A stretch of 64,000 nucleotides of DNA from positions 2,400,001 to 2,464,000 of the forward strand of contig OZ241889.1 in NCBI GenBank assembly GCA_965203355.1, in the 5' to 3' direction. The notes beneath the pieces were generated by a model. The model did no database searches. It saw only the letters and a program-made list of their open reading frames with translations, and was not told where the DNA came from. This stretch comes from Candidatus Latescibacterota bacterium. Lineage in GTDB: Bacteria > Latescibacterota > UBA2968 > UBA8231. A program made the position numbers and the translations under genes. Shown piece by piece: positions 1 through 8,534 of the stretch; position 1 is the first letter of the stretch; each line of letters begins with the position of its first letter.

Positions 1-969
1 CAGCTACAAGGCGACAATCCCGAAATCTTCGTAGTGCGGGCTTGGCGCTTCGACAACCTCGACAAGCGCGCTTTTGACTTGCGCGACCGCCGGGTGCTGG
101 CCTTTGCCAAAGACGAGGTGATGCAGGTGCAGCGCTGGGGGACGGGTGGCGGGGCCGCGTTGGCGCGGTCTGAGCCCGGCTGGCAAATGCGCGAGCCGGT
201 AGCCGCTCGGGCCGATGCCGACGCGGTAGATGGCCTGCTCGACAAAATCGACCAAGCGGAGATCCAGGCTTTTGTCGCCGAGGAGCCAGATACCGCTGCC
301 TTGGCCACTTATGGCTTGGGGGCGCGCGCGTCGCAGGTCGAGATCGCCTTGCTCGTCGGCGCAGACCGGGCCGAGAAGCGCTTGGCCATTGGCGGCGCAG
401 ACGAACAGGGCCGTTGGTACGCCCGCGACGCCAGCCGACCGCAAGTTTTCTTGGTCGATTCGACGCTGGTGCAAGAGCTTACCAAAGACATCGCGGACCT
501 GCGCGACAAAAAGCCCTTGCGCTTTGAGCGCGATCAGGTCGAGCGCATCGTCCTAATGCGCGGGGCTGCGACCGCGTTTGCGGCCGACAAGGACACCAGT
601 GGTGTGTGGCATTTATCCGATCCTATGGGGCGCGACGCCAAATCGTGGAAGCTCAACAGCCTCCTGAGCGACTTGGAGCAACTCGAAGTCGAGGATTTTG
701 CCGAGCAGTTGCCCGCCGCGGCCGCGCTTGCTTTCAGCATCGAACTCCACGGCGCCGGGCAAGCCTTGCTGACCGCGCGCTTTAGCACCGCGGCCGGGAC
801 CTCGTACCTGCAGCAGGAAGGCGACGACGCGGTGTACGTCGTCCGTGGCGACGACTTCACCGAGTTGGATTTGGATATAGACGACGTGGCACAAGCGCCC
901 CCAAAGCCGGCCGCACCCGCCGCCAGCCGTGAGGAACCCCCCAACGACGGCGGCGCTGACAGTCCATAA
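1..969 (+). CDS. DUF4340-domain protein (periplasmic partner of Gld-like ABC systems), 5'-truncated by window edge
   Basis: Frame is open from base 1 (QLQGDNPEIFVVRAW...). Repeated units (DLRDRRVL / DLRDKKPL, WQMREP / WHLSDP, YGL, VFLV / VYVV) resemble DUF4340. Stop overlaps the next ATG at 969. Confidence 0.75.
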   Translation, partial: QLQGDNPEIFVVRAWRFDNLDKRAFDLRDRRVLAFAKDEVMQVQRWGTGGGAALARSEPGWQMREPVAARADADAVDGLLDKIDQAEIQAFVAEEPDTAALATYGLGARASQVEIALLVGADRAEKRLAIGGADEQGRWYARDASRPQVFLVDSTLVQELTKDIADLRDKKPLRFERDQVERIVLMRGAATAFAADKDTSGVWHLSDPMGRDAKSWKLNSLLSDLEQLEVEDFAEQLPAAAALAFSIELHGAGQALLTARFSTAAGTSYLQQEGDDAVYVVRGDDFTELDLDIDDVAQAPPKPAAPAASREEPPNDGGADSP

Positions 970-1889
970 TGTATATCGGCGGTCTGCTCGCCGCGCTGGT
1001 GGTGCTCGCCGAAGGGCTACACGCCCAAGTTCCTCGGGCCGAGGCGGTCTTGGACACCGCGACTGCTCGGGTTGGCGATCCCATTCGCTTAACGCTGACG
1101 CTCCACCACGACGCCACCGCGCGTCCCGAGGCTCCAAACCTGCTCCAGATTCTCCGGGATTTTTCCCCCCACTGCGCTGATTGGCAGGCGACTCGCTTTG
1201 CGCTCGCGCAAGAATGCGTGCTGCGTCTCTACGAGTTGGGGCAACACGTGGTGCCGGCCGTGCCGGTGCCCTTTATCACCGCTGCGGGCGATACGCTCAT
1301 GCGGACGACCCCCTCCTTAGCCATAGAGGTCATCAGTGCCCGGAGCGAAGGGGAGGACCAACTGCGCGACATCAAACCGCCCGTACTCATCAGCGGCGGG
1401 GTGCCGTTGTGGGTGGTCGTCGCAACGGGGCTGCTGGCGTTGGTGCTTTGTGTGCTAGGCGGCGTTTGGCTCTGGCGTCGCCGCACCCGCACCCCAGAGC
1501 CTCCGCCCGCGCCCGCGCCGATAGACTACGCGGCTGAATTCGCCCGTATTGCTGCGAGCGGCCTGTTGGAACGCGGCGAGTTCAAAACATACTACTCGCT
1601 GCTGTCTGAAAATCTGCGCCGCTTCTTAGAGGAGAGCTTGGCGATTGAAGCGATGGAGCAGACCACGGCTGAGTTGGCCAACGCCTTGCAGGGGGTTGAA
1701 GTGGATGACTCGCTGCGGCAGCAGATCCTCGACTATTTGGCGGCGGCCGACTTGGTGAAATTTGCCCGCTTTTATCCGGCGCTGGACGCGGCCCGCCGCG
1801 CACCGGATGCCGGCTTGGCCCTATTGCGCACTATTGAGGAGGCGGTTGCCAGCCGCGCTGCCGAGGCCCATGCAGAACATCCGGTTTGA
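969..1889 (+). CDS. Bat-operon membrane protein (BatD-like Ig domain plus single TM, DUF4381-like)
   Basis: Signal peptide, VGDPIRLTL, LRDIKPP before a TM helix, then AMEQTTAEL and ADLVKFARF. Typical of the gene preceding batA. Confidence 0.75.
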   Translation: MYIGGLLAALVVLAEGLHAQVPRAEAVLDTATARVGDPIRLTLTLHHDATARPEAPNLLQILRDFSPHCADWQATRFALAQECVLRLYELGQHVVPAVPVPFITAAGDTLMRTTPSLAIEVISARSEGEDQLRDIKPPVLISGGVPLWVVVATGLLALVLCVLGGVWLWRRRTRTPEPPPAPAPIDYAAEFARIAASGLLERGEFKTYYSLLSENLRRFLEESLAIEAMEQTTAELANALQGVEVDDSLRQQILDYLAAADLVKFARFYPALDAARRAPDAGLALLRTIEEAVASRAAEAHAEHPV

Positions 1890-2874
1890 AAACCCCGAGT
1901 GGCTGTTGCTGCTGCTGCTGTTGCCCGTTTTGCTCTACAGCTACGTCCGGGCGCATCGGGGCCGCCGGAGCAGCGTACAGTTTTCCGACCTCGCCGTGTT
2001 GCGCCGCGCCACCGCGTCGCTGTGGACCAAACTCCGACACGGCCTCCTCGTCTTTAAGCTGCTTGGCCTGAGCTGTCTCATCGTAGCTATGGCCCGCCCA
2101 CAAGCTGGGCGCGAGGTACGGGAAGTATCGGGCGAGGGCATTGACATTATGCTGACCTTGGACATTTCGTCGAGCATGGATTTGAACGATCTAGATGAGG
2201 GCCAGAAGAGCCGCTTACAGGTGGCCAAAGAAGTGGTCGCCGACTTTATCGCTGGCCGTTACAGCGATCGCATCGGCATGGTCGTCTTTGCCGGCGAGAG
2301 CTTTACCCAGTGTCCGCTGACCCTCGACTATCGAGTGCTGTTGGAGTTTCTCCAAGGCGTGGAGATCGCCAGCGAGGAATGGGATGGCACGGCTATTGGC
2401 ATGGCGCTGATCAACGCCTGCAACCGCTTGCGCGACTCGGACGCCGAGAGCAAGGTGATCATCCTGCTGACCGATGGCGTGAACAACGCCGGCGAGGTCG
2501 AGCCGTTGACCGCGGCTGAGGTGGCGGCGGCCGTGGGCATCCGGGTTTATACGATTGGCGTGGGGAGCGACGGGGAGATTCGCCGGCCCGTGCGCGGGAT
2601 GTTCGGCACCCGCTATCAGACGGTCCAAGTGGAGATCGACGAAGAGACCTTACAGGAGGTGGCTGCGCGCACCGGCGGCCAGTACTATCGGGCGACTAGC
2701 GAGGAAAAGCTGGAGGCCATCTACCGCGAAATCGGCGAGTTGGAGGGGACTGAAATCAAGTCCGAGATCCACCTGAATTACTCGGAGCGCTTTGCCTATT
2801 TTCTCTATGCGGGTTTGGGCTTGCTGTTGGTGGAGATGCTGTTGGCCCATACCCGGTTCCGTTCGCTCCCCTAA
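1870..2874 (+). CDS. batA: BatA-like VWA domain protein
   Basis: ATG at 1870 (MQNIRFENPEWLLLL). ARPQ motif, MIDAS DISSSM, TQCPLTLDY, GTAIG, ILLTDG, YTIGVG, TGGQYYRA. Confidence 0.9.
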   Translation: MQNIRFENPEWLLLLLLLPVLLYSYVRAHRGRRSSVQFSDLAVLRRATASLWTKLRHGLLVFKLLGLSCLIVAMARPQAGREVREVSGEGIDIMLTLDISSSMDLNDLDEGQKSRLQVAKEVVADFIAGRYSDRIGMVVFAGESFTQCPLTLDYRVLLEFLQGVEIASEEWDGTAIGMALINACNRLRDSDAESKVIILLTDGVNNAGEVEPLTAAEVAAAVGIRVYTIGVGSDGEIRRPVRGMFGTRYQTVQVEIDEETLQEVAARTGGQYYRATSEEKLEAIYREIGELEGTEIKSEIHLNYSERFAYFLYAGLGLLLVEMLLAHTRFRSLP

Positions 2875-2880
2875 ATTGCT

Positions 2881-3903
2881 ATGCGCTTTGCGAACATCGA
2901 CAATTTTTGGTTGCTGTTGCTGCTGCCCTTTTTGGCGGCCTTTTTGGCGTGGGCCCTGTGGGCGCGTCGTCGCGCCTTGGCGCATTTTGCGCGCGGCCCG
3001 CTGGCCGAGAAACTGACCCGCAACCTGAGCCGGGGCCGCCAAGTGAGCAAGTGCGTCCTATTGGGGCTGGGGACCTGCTTTGCGATCCTCGCGCTGACCG
3101 GCCCGCAATTCGGAGCACAACTCGAAATGGCCGAGCGCAAGGGGGTAGATGTGATGCTGGTGCTCGACGTGTCGCGGAGCATGCAGGCTGAAGACGTCAA
3201 GCCGAGCCGCTTGGCGCGGGCCAAATACCAAATTCGCGGTCTGTTGGATTTGCTCCGAGGCGACCGGGTCGGGTTGGTGGTCTTTGCTGGCAAAGCCTTT
3301 GTCCAATGCCCGCTGACGACGGACTACGGCGCGGTGGAGATGTTTCTCGATGTGCTGGACGCCGGGGCCATACCCGTCCAAGGGACGGCCATTGGCGACG
3401 CGGTGCGGCTGGCCACGCGCTCGTTTGTGGAAGGGGAGGGCCAGCACAAGGCCATCGTGCTGTTCACCGATGGCGAGGATCACGTGGGGCAGCCGCTGGC
3501 GGCGGCGCAGGCGGCCGCTACACAGGGTGTGCGCATCTTTGCCTTGGGGTTGGGGACGCCTGATGGAGAATTGATTCCCACCGAAGAGCAAGGCGGCGTG
3601 GGTTTTCACAAGGACCAGCGCGGCCAATACGTCAAGACCCGGCTCGACGAGAGCACCTTACAGGACATGGCGTTGGAGACCGGGGGCGATTACTTTCGCA
3701 CTACCTTGAGCGGTGCGGAATTGGACGCCTTGTACGGCCAGATCGCCGAGATGGATCAGCGCGAAATTGGCTCGACTCGACTCACTCGCTACCAGGAGCG
3801 TTTCCAATGGCCCTTATTATTGGCCCTTTGCTGTTTCTTCGCCGAGGCTTTCTTAGGCGATGCACGGGTGCAGACCCGCGAGTGGAAGGGGCGGTTCGCC
3901 TAA
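2881..3903 (+). CDS. batB: BatB-like VWA domain protein
   Basis: DVSRSMQAEDVKPSRLARAK, GDRVGLVVFAG, QCPLTTDY, FTDGEDH. Directly follows batA. Confidence 0.9.
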   Translation: MRFANIDNFWLLLLLPFLAAFLAWALWARRRALAHFARGPLAEKLTRNLSRGRQVSKCVLLGLGTCFAILALTGPQFGAQLEMAERKGVDVMLVLDVSRSMQAEDVKPSRLARAKYQIRGLLDLLRGDRVGLVVFAGKAFVQCPLTTDYGAVEMFLDVLDAGAIPVQGTAIGDAVRLATRSFVEGEGQHKAIVLFTDGEDHVGQPLAAAQAAATQGVRIFALGLGTPDGELIPTEEQGGVGFHKDQRGQYVKTRLDESTLQDMALETGGDYFRTTLSGAELDALYGQIAEMDQREIGSTRLTRYQERFQWPLLLALCCFFAEAFLGDARVQTREWKGRFA

Positions 3904-4673
3904 TGGGTACACGGTGGGTCGTCTTGGGGATTTGGCTGGTCGTTTGCGGGGCGACCGTGGGCGATCCCGTAGCGAGCAAGAGTGCCGAGGCGTTGGAGCA
4001 CTACCAGCGCGGCGAGTACGACCAGGCCCTGCAACTCTACCGCGACGCCCTGCTCGATCGGCCCGACGCGCCCGAGTTGCACTTCAACATCGGGGACGCG
4101 CTTTTCAAACGCGGCGAGTACGACCAAGCCCTGCGCGAATTCGAGCGGGTGCTCAGCAGCGAGGAGAAAAAGATCGCAGCACAGGCCCATTACAACATGG
4201 GCAATAGCTTCTTTCAGCAGCAGGCTTTTGAACAGGCTGTCGCCGCCTACAAGCAGGCACTGGCGCTGGACGCGCGCGACGAGGATGCCAAGGTGAATTT
4301 GGAATTGGCACTGGAAAAATTGCAGGAGCAGCAACAGCAGCAGGAGCAGCAGCAGGATCAACAGGACGATTCAGAAGAGCAGGATCAACAGCAGCAGGAT
4401 CAACAGGATCAACAGAATCAGCAGGAACAGCCGGATCAACAGAATCAGCAGGAACAGCCGGAGGATTCGGAGCAGGATCAACAGGATCAACAAGATCAAC
4501 AAGATTCAGCGCAGGAGCAGCAACAAAGTGGACCGGATCAACAGCAAGCCGTGCCGCGATCCATTAGTTCCGAGGAAGCTCAGCAGCTTATGGATGCCCT
4601 CAAGAACCGCGAACTAGAAGCGCAACAGCGTCGGTTTCGCGCCACCGGCAAGGCGCAAGCTAGGGACTGGTGA
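3903..4673 (+). CDS. batC: BatC-like TPR protein with Gln/Asp-rich tail
   Basis: ATG at 3903 overlaps the batB stop. TPR repeats (FNIGDAL, YNMGNS, DAKVNLELA), Q-rich linker, C-terminal RDW. Confidence 0.85.
   Translation: MGTRWVVLGIWLVVCGATVGDPVASKSAEALEHYQRGEYDQALQLYRDALLDRPDAPELHFNIGDALFKRGEYDQALREFERVLSSEEKKIAAQAHYNMGNSFFQQQAFEQAVAAYKQALALDARDEDAKVNLELALEKLQEQQQQQEQQQDQQDDSEEQDQQQQDQQDQQNQQEQPDQQNQQEQPEDSEQDQQDQQDQQDSAQEQQQSGPDQQQAVPRSISSEEAQQLMDALKNRELEAQQRRFRATGKAQARDW
4325..4545 (+). repeat. Low-complexity coding tandem repeat (CAGGATCAA-type units; exact 27-bp duplication at 4406-4459)
   Basis: GGATCAACAGAATCAGCAGGAACAGCC occurs twice in tandem. Multiple CAGGATCAA units encode QDQ. 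Confidence 0.85.
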
Positions 4674-6442
4674 GCGCACGGGTGGTCATCCCGCTAATGC
4701 TATGGGTGCTGGCGGCATCCAGCGCGGCGGCGATTCAGTTTGCGGCGTCTGTCGATCGCACGCGCGCTAGTCAGGCCGAGCCGATTCGCCTGACGCTCCG
4801 CATCACCTCCGACGCGCAGTTGGGCGAGGTGACGCCAGCGTTCGACCTCAAAGATTTCCACGTCGAGGGGCCAGCGACTAGGACGCGGATGGAGATGAGC
4901 AACTTCTCCAACATTAGCTACACCCGCGAACTGACCTACGCCCTCTATGCCAAGCAGCCCGGCACCTTCACCATCGGCCCGCTCCAGCTAGCAATAGATG
5001 GAGACTCCTATCAGACCAAGCCCATTACCATCGAGATCGTCCGCGGTGCCAGCCGAGCGCAAGCCGGCCAGCCAGAGCGTCCCATTTTTGTGCTGGCGCG
5101 CGCCGACTACGAGCGGGCTTACGTGGGGCAACAAGTCACCGTGTCCTACGATCTGTTCTACCGCGTCCAGCCGCACAACGTCAGTTTTAACAAACTGCCG
5201 ACCTTTGTTGGGTTTTGGACCGAGGACCTCTTTGTCGCCCAACAGCTAGAGGCACATCAGGAGATGCGCAACGGCGTGTCCTACAACGTGGCACCGCTGC
5301 GGCGCGTGGCCCTTTTTCCGACCAGCGCGGGGACCCACGTTGTCGGCGCATTGGCCGTTTCCTGCGACATCCCTCGACAACGCGCTCGTGGCGGCGGCGT
5401 GCTCGACGATTTCTTCGCCGGTGATCCGTTTTTTGGCCGCTCGCGCTCGGTGCGCCTGCAAAGCGAGGAATTGCAAATCGAGGTCCTGCCGCTGCCCGAG
5501 CCGGGCCGCCCGGCGGAATTTACCGGCGCGGTAGGGCGCTTTCAACTCAGCGTCGAGGCCCAGCCGACCCAAGTCGCGGTTGGCGATCCGGTGACGCTGC
5601 GCGTGCTGGTCGAGGGCGAGGGCAACATGGCGGCGGTGCAGCCTTTGCAGGTCGATGCGGCCGCGGGCGTCAAGATCTACGATCCCAAGGTCGAGGAAGA
5701 AGAGCGGATTACTAATGGCGTGTACGGGGGCCGTCGTCTCTTTGAGTACATCTTGATTCCCGAACAGGGCGGCCCGCTGAACATCCCGCCGCTGCGCTTT
5801 GCGTACTTTGATCCACACCAAGCGCACTACGAGGTCCTTGAATCCGCGCCGATTACCATTCACAGCGAGGGGACTGCCGAAGAAGAAGGAGTGGCCTACG
5901 GCCTGAGTCGGCGCGACATCGAGGCCGTTGGCGAGGACATTCGCTACATCAAACCCAACGCCGAAGTCCTCGGCGCGGGTTCCATGGTACACAAGAGCTA
6001 TTGGTTTTGGACCTTGCAGGGTGCGCTGCCCCTCGCCTTCTTTGCCCTGCTTGTGTGGCAGCGGCATCAGCGGCGTTTGCAGGGCGATGTGGCGTACGCG
6101 CGCCAGCGCCGGGCCAAAGGCGAAGTGGGTCGCCGCCTAACGCGCGCTGATACCTTGCTCGCGGCTGGCACCGAGGCTGAATTCTACGGCGCGGTCCGCG
6201 CTGCGGTGCTGGAATTCGTGGCCGACCGTCTCAACCTCGCTGCGGCTGGCTTGACCATTGAAGTCTGTGCTGAGGTCTTGGCGGCGCGCCAAGTCGAGGC
6301 CGAGACCATTGCCGCGTTGCGCGACTTGCTGACGCGCTGCGACTTTGCCCGCTTTGCGCCCGCAGGTGGCCCGCCGACGGATCGGGCGGCCGCGCGGCGT
6401 TTGGCAGAAGAGGTGATCCGGGGTTTGGAAAAGCGGATATGA
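4670..6442 (+). CDS. batD: BatD-like protein
   Basis: Signal peptide, Ig-like repeats (AYVGQQV, FTGAVGRF, VGDPVTL, GEGN, FAYFDP), C-terminal TM and CDFARFAP. Confidence 0.88.
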   Translation: MSARVVIPLMLWVLAASSAAAIQFAASVDRTRASQAEPIRLTLRITSDAQLGEVTPAFDLKDFHVEGPATRTRMEMSNFSNISYTRELTYALYAKQPGTFTIGPLQLAIDGDSYQTKPITIEIVRGASRAQAGQPERPIFVLARADYERAYVGQQVTVSYDLFYRVQPHNVSFNKLPTFVGFWTEDLFVAQQLEAHQEMRNGVSYNVAPLRRVALFPTSAGTHVVGALAVSCDIPRQRARGGGVLDDFFAGDPFFGRSRSVRLQSEELQIEVLPLPEPGRPAEFTGAVGRFQLSVEAQPTQVAVGDPVTLRVLVEGEGNMAAVQPLQVDAAAGVKIYDPKVEEEERITNGVYGGRRLFEYILIPEQGGPLNIPPLRFAYFDPHQAHYEVLESAPITIHSEGTAEEEGVAYGLSRRDIEAVGEDIRYIKPNAEVLGAGSMVHKSYWFWTLQGALPLAFFALLVWQRHQRRLQGDVAYARQRRAKGEVGRRLTRADTLLAAGTEAEFYGAVRAAVLEFVADRLNLAAAGLTIEVCAEVLAARQVEAETIAALRDLLTRCDFARFAPAGGPPTDRAAARRLAEEVIRGLEKRI

Positions 6443-7191
6443 TGCGCGCGCTAGCACTGTTGATCCTGTTGGGCACCGCACTCCACGCCGGGGCGGCGGC
6501 TGGGCAGTACAACGAGGCCAACGCGCTCTATCGGGACGGGGATTTTGCGGCGGCGCGCCGCAGTTACTTGGCGGTGGTGGCCGCTGGAGTGCAAGACGCG
6601 CGGCTCTACTACAACTTGGGCAATGCCTGCTTTAAGTCCGGGAAGTTGGGCGAAGCCATTCTCTGGTACGAGCGGGCGCGGCGCTTGCTGCCGCACGACG
6701 AGGACATTGAGGCCAATCTGCGCTTTGCCAACCTAGTCAAGAAGGACCGCGACCCGCAAACGGAGAACGGTTTCGGTACGCTGGTAGCCGCGCTGGTGGC
6801 CGCCTATTTTTGGCCTACGTTTAATCAGCTCAGCCTGCTGTTCGCCGCGGCGTTTTTTGCGGTTTTTGTCTTGGGGGTCCGGTGGTTGTTCGCGCCGACT
6901 CGCCCGGGGGTGCTGTGGCTGGTAGGGATGTTGCTCTGTGCCGGGCTGAGCGTTGGGGCCGCGCTGTGGCTGGGAACGCGCCTCCGCCATCAGGCGCAGA
7001 CGAGCGAAGCCATCGTCACCGTTACCGCGGCGCATGCGCGTTCCGGCCCCGACCTCGGGCAGACGGAGGTCTTTGTCGCGCATGAGGGGACCAAGGTTCG
7101 CTTAGTGCGGCAGGAGGGCGGGTGGATGCTGGTGCGGCTGGCCAATGGCCTCGGCGGGTGGATGCCAGCGGAAGCTCTGACGCGGATCTGA
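6439..7191 (+). CDS. batE: BatE-like TPR plus SH3 protein
   Basis: ANALY, YYNLGNACFK, AILWYERA, two TM helices, SH3b-type HEGTKV...GWM. Confidence 0.85.
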   Translation: MMRALALLILLGTALHAGAAAGQYNEANALYRDGDFAAARRSYLAVVAAGVQDARLYYNLGNACFKSGKLGEAILWYERARRLLPHDEDIEANLRFANLVKKDRDPQTENGFGTLVAALVAAYFWPTFNQLSLLFAAAFFAVFVLGVRWLFAPTRPGVLWLVGMLLCAGLSVGAALWLGTRLRHQAQTSEAIVTVTAAHARSGPDLGQTEVFVAHEGTKVRLVRQEGGWMLVRLANGLGGWMPAEALTRI

Positions 7192-7216
7192 ATTTAACAG
7201 CGACTTTTTTGCGTAG

Positions 7217-7236
7217 ACCAAACCAAACCAAACCAA
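7217..7236 (+). repeat. (ACCAA)4 pentanucleotide repeat immediately upstream of an RBS
   Basis: ACCAAACCAAACCAAACCAA followed by AAAGGATAAGCCATG. Confidence 0.85.
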
Positions 7237-7248
7237 AAAGGATAAGCC

Positions 7249-8304
7249 ATGAGTACGCTCAAAGTAGGTATTGTCGGCGTTGGCGGGATCGCCCGCACAC
7301 ACATTCCCGGCTGGGAGGCTTCTAGCGAAGCTGAGTTGATCGCTGGCAGCGACGTTAGCGAGGAGGCGCTGAAGCGCTTTGGCGCAGAAAACGGGGTCGC
7401 CAAACTACACACCGACCCGGAAGCACTGTTCAGCGATCCCGATATCGACATTATCGATATATGTACGCCCAACATGTATCACGCTCCATTGGCCATTGCC
7501 GCGCTGTCGGCTGGCAAGCACGTGATCTGCGAAAAGCCCTTGGCGCCCACGCCCGAGGAGGTTCGCCAGATGATTGCGGTGCGCGATGCTTCGGGCAAGG
7601 AACTAATGACGGCACAGCACTTTCGCTTTCAGGGATCGTCTCGTGCGCTGAAGGCCGAGATAGACACCGGTGCGCTCGGCGATATCTACCACGCCCGCAG
7701 TTGGATGCTGCGCCGGGCTGGGGCACCGGTCGGCGGCGGGTTTATTCTCAAGGAGCACAGCGGCGGCGGCCCCTGCATCGACATTGGGGTTCACATTCTC
7801 GATCTGACCTTGTGGTTTATGGGGCATCCCGAGCCAGTGGCGATTTCGGGCGTGGCCCGCGCTGAATTGGCGCATCAAGAAGGTGCCTTCAGCCAATGGG
7901 GTCGCCAGCCGATTCCGTCCCATTACGATGTCGAGGATTTTGCCGCGGCCTTTGTGCGCTTTGACAATGGCGCAACGCTCGTCTTGGAGGTGAGTTGGCT
8001 TTTACATCACCCAACCCAAGGCGAGGACATGCAGATGTGGCTCTACGGCACCCAAGGCGGTGCGCATTGGCCCCAGTGCTCGATTTGCGAGAGCAACAAC
8101 CAGACTCGCCAGCAGTACGACCGCAAGCTCATGCTGATGTACGACGGCCTCGAAGCCCACGCGCAGGAATGCGTGGAGTTCGCCGCGGCGATTGCTCAGG
8201 GACGGCCCTCGCCGGTGCCGCCGGAGCAATCCCTACAGGTGATGAAAATTCTCGATGGGATCTATCGCAGCCAAAAGGCGGGCGGGGAAGTGCGGCTGGA
8301 CTGA
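7249..8304 (+). CDS. Gfo/Idh/MocA family oxidoreductase
   Basis: KVGIVGVGGIA, ICTPN, GKHVICEKP, GGGPCIDIGVH. Confidence 0.92.
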   Translation: MSTLKVGIVGVGGIARTHIPGWEASSEAELIAGSDVSEEALKRFGAENGVAKLHTDPEALFSDPDIDIIDICTPNMYHAPLAIAALSAGKHVICEKPLAPTPEEVRQMIAVRDASGKELMTAQHFRFQGSSRALKAEIDTGALGDIYHARSWMLRRAGAPVGGGFILKEHSGGGPCIDIGVHILDLTLWFMGHPEPVAISGVARAELAHQEGAFSQWGRQPIPSHYDVEDFAAAFVRFDNGATLVLEVSWLLHHPTQGEDMQMWLYGTQGGAHWPQCSICESNNQTRQQYDRKLMLMYDGLEAHAQECVEFAAAIAQGRPSPVPPEQSLQVMKILDGIYRSQKAGGEVRLD

Positions 8305-8534
8305 GGGGAGGCTTGGCAGAGTTTACGGCCCCGCCAGTCGATTGACGAAAGCCGTCGGACACGCAGCGAGGCCATGCTGGCGCGGACGCAGCACCGCAGA
8401 GCGTCAACTAGCCGTCCATAGGCACCTTACCGCCTCCTTGCGAAATCACCCTTGACTTGGAGCACCATGGGCTTCCCGCCGAAATGTATGCAGCCGCCGA
8501 AAAAGCTGTGAAAGGCAATCGCTACGGTTCATGT

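Noticed and set aside
4325-4545. Repeat array considered as CRISPR
   Set aside because: In-frame coding Q/D repeats without unique spacers; no cas genes in the window.
8305-8534. 230-nt gap between convergent genes with a minus-strand AGGAGG followed by GTG-CCT-ATG-GAC-GGC-TAG and an open frame beyond
   Set aside because: No recognisable protein or RNA family; cannot distinguish a gene remnant from chance.
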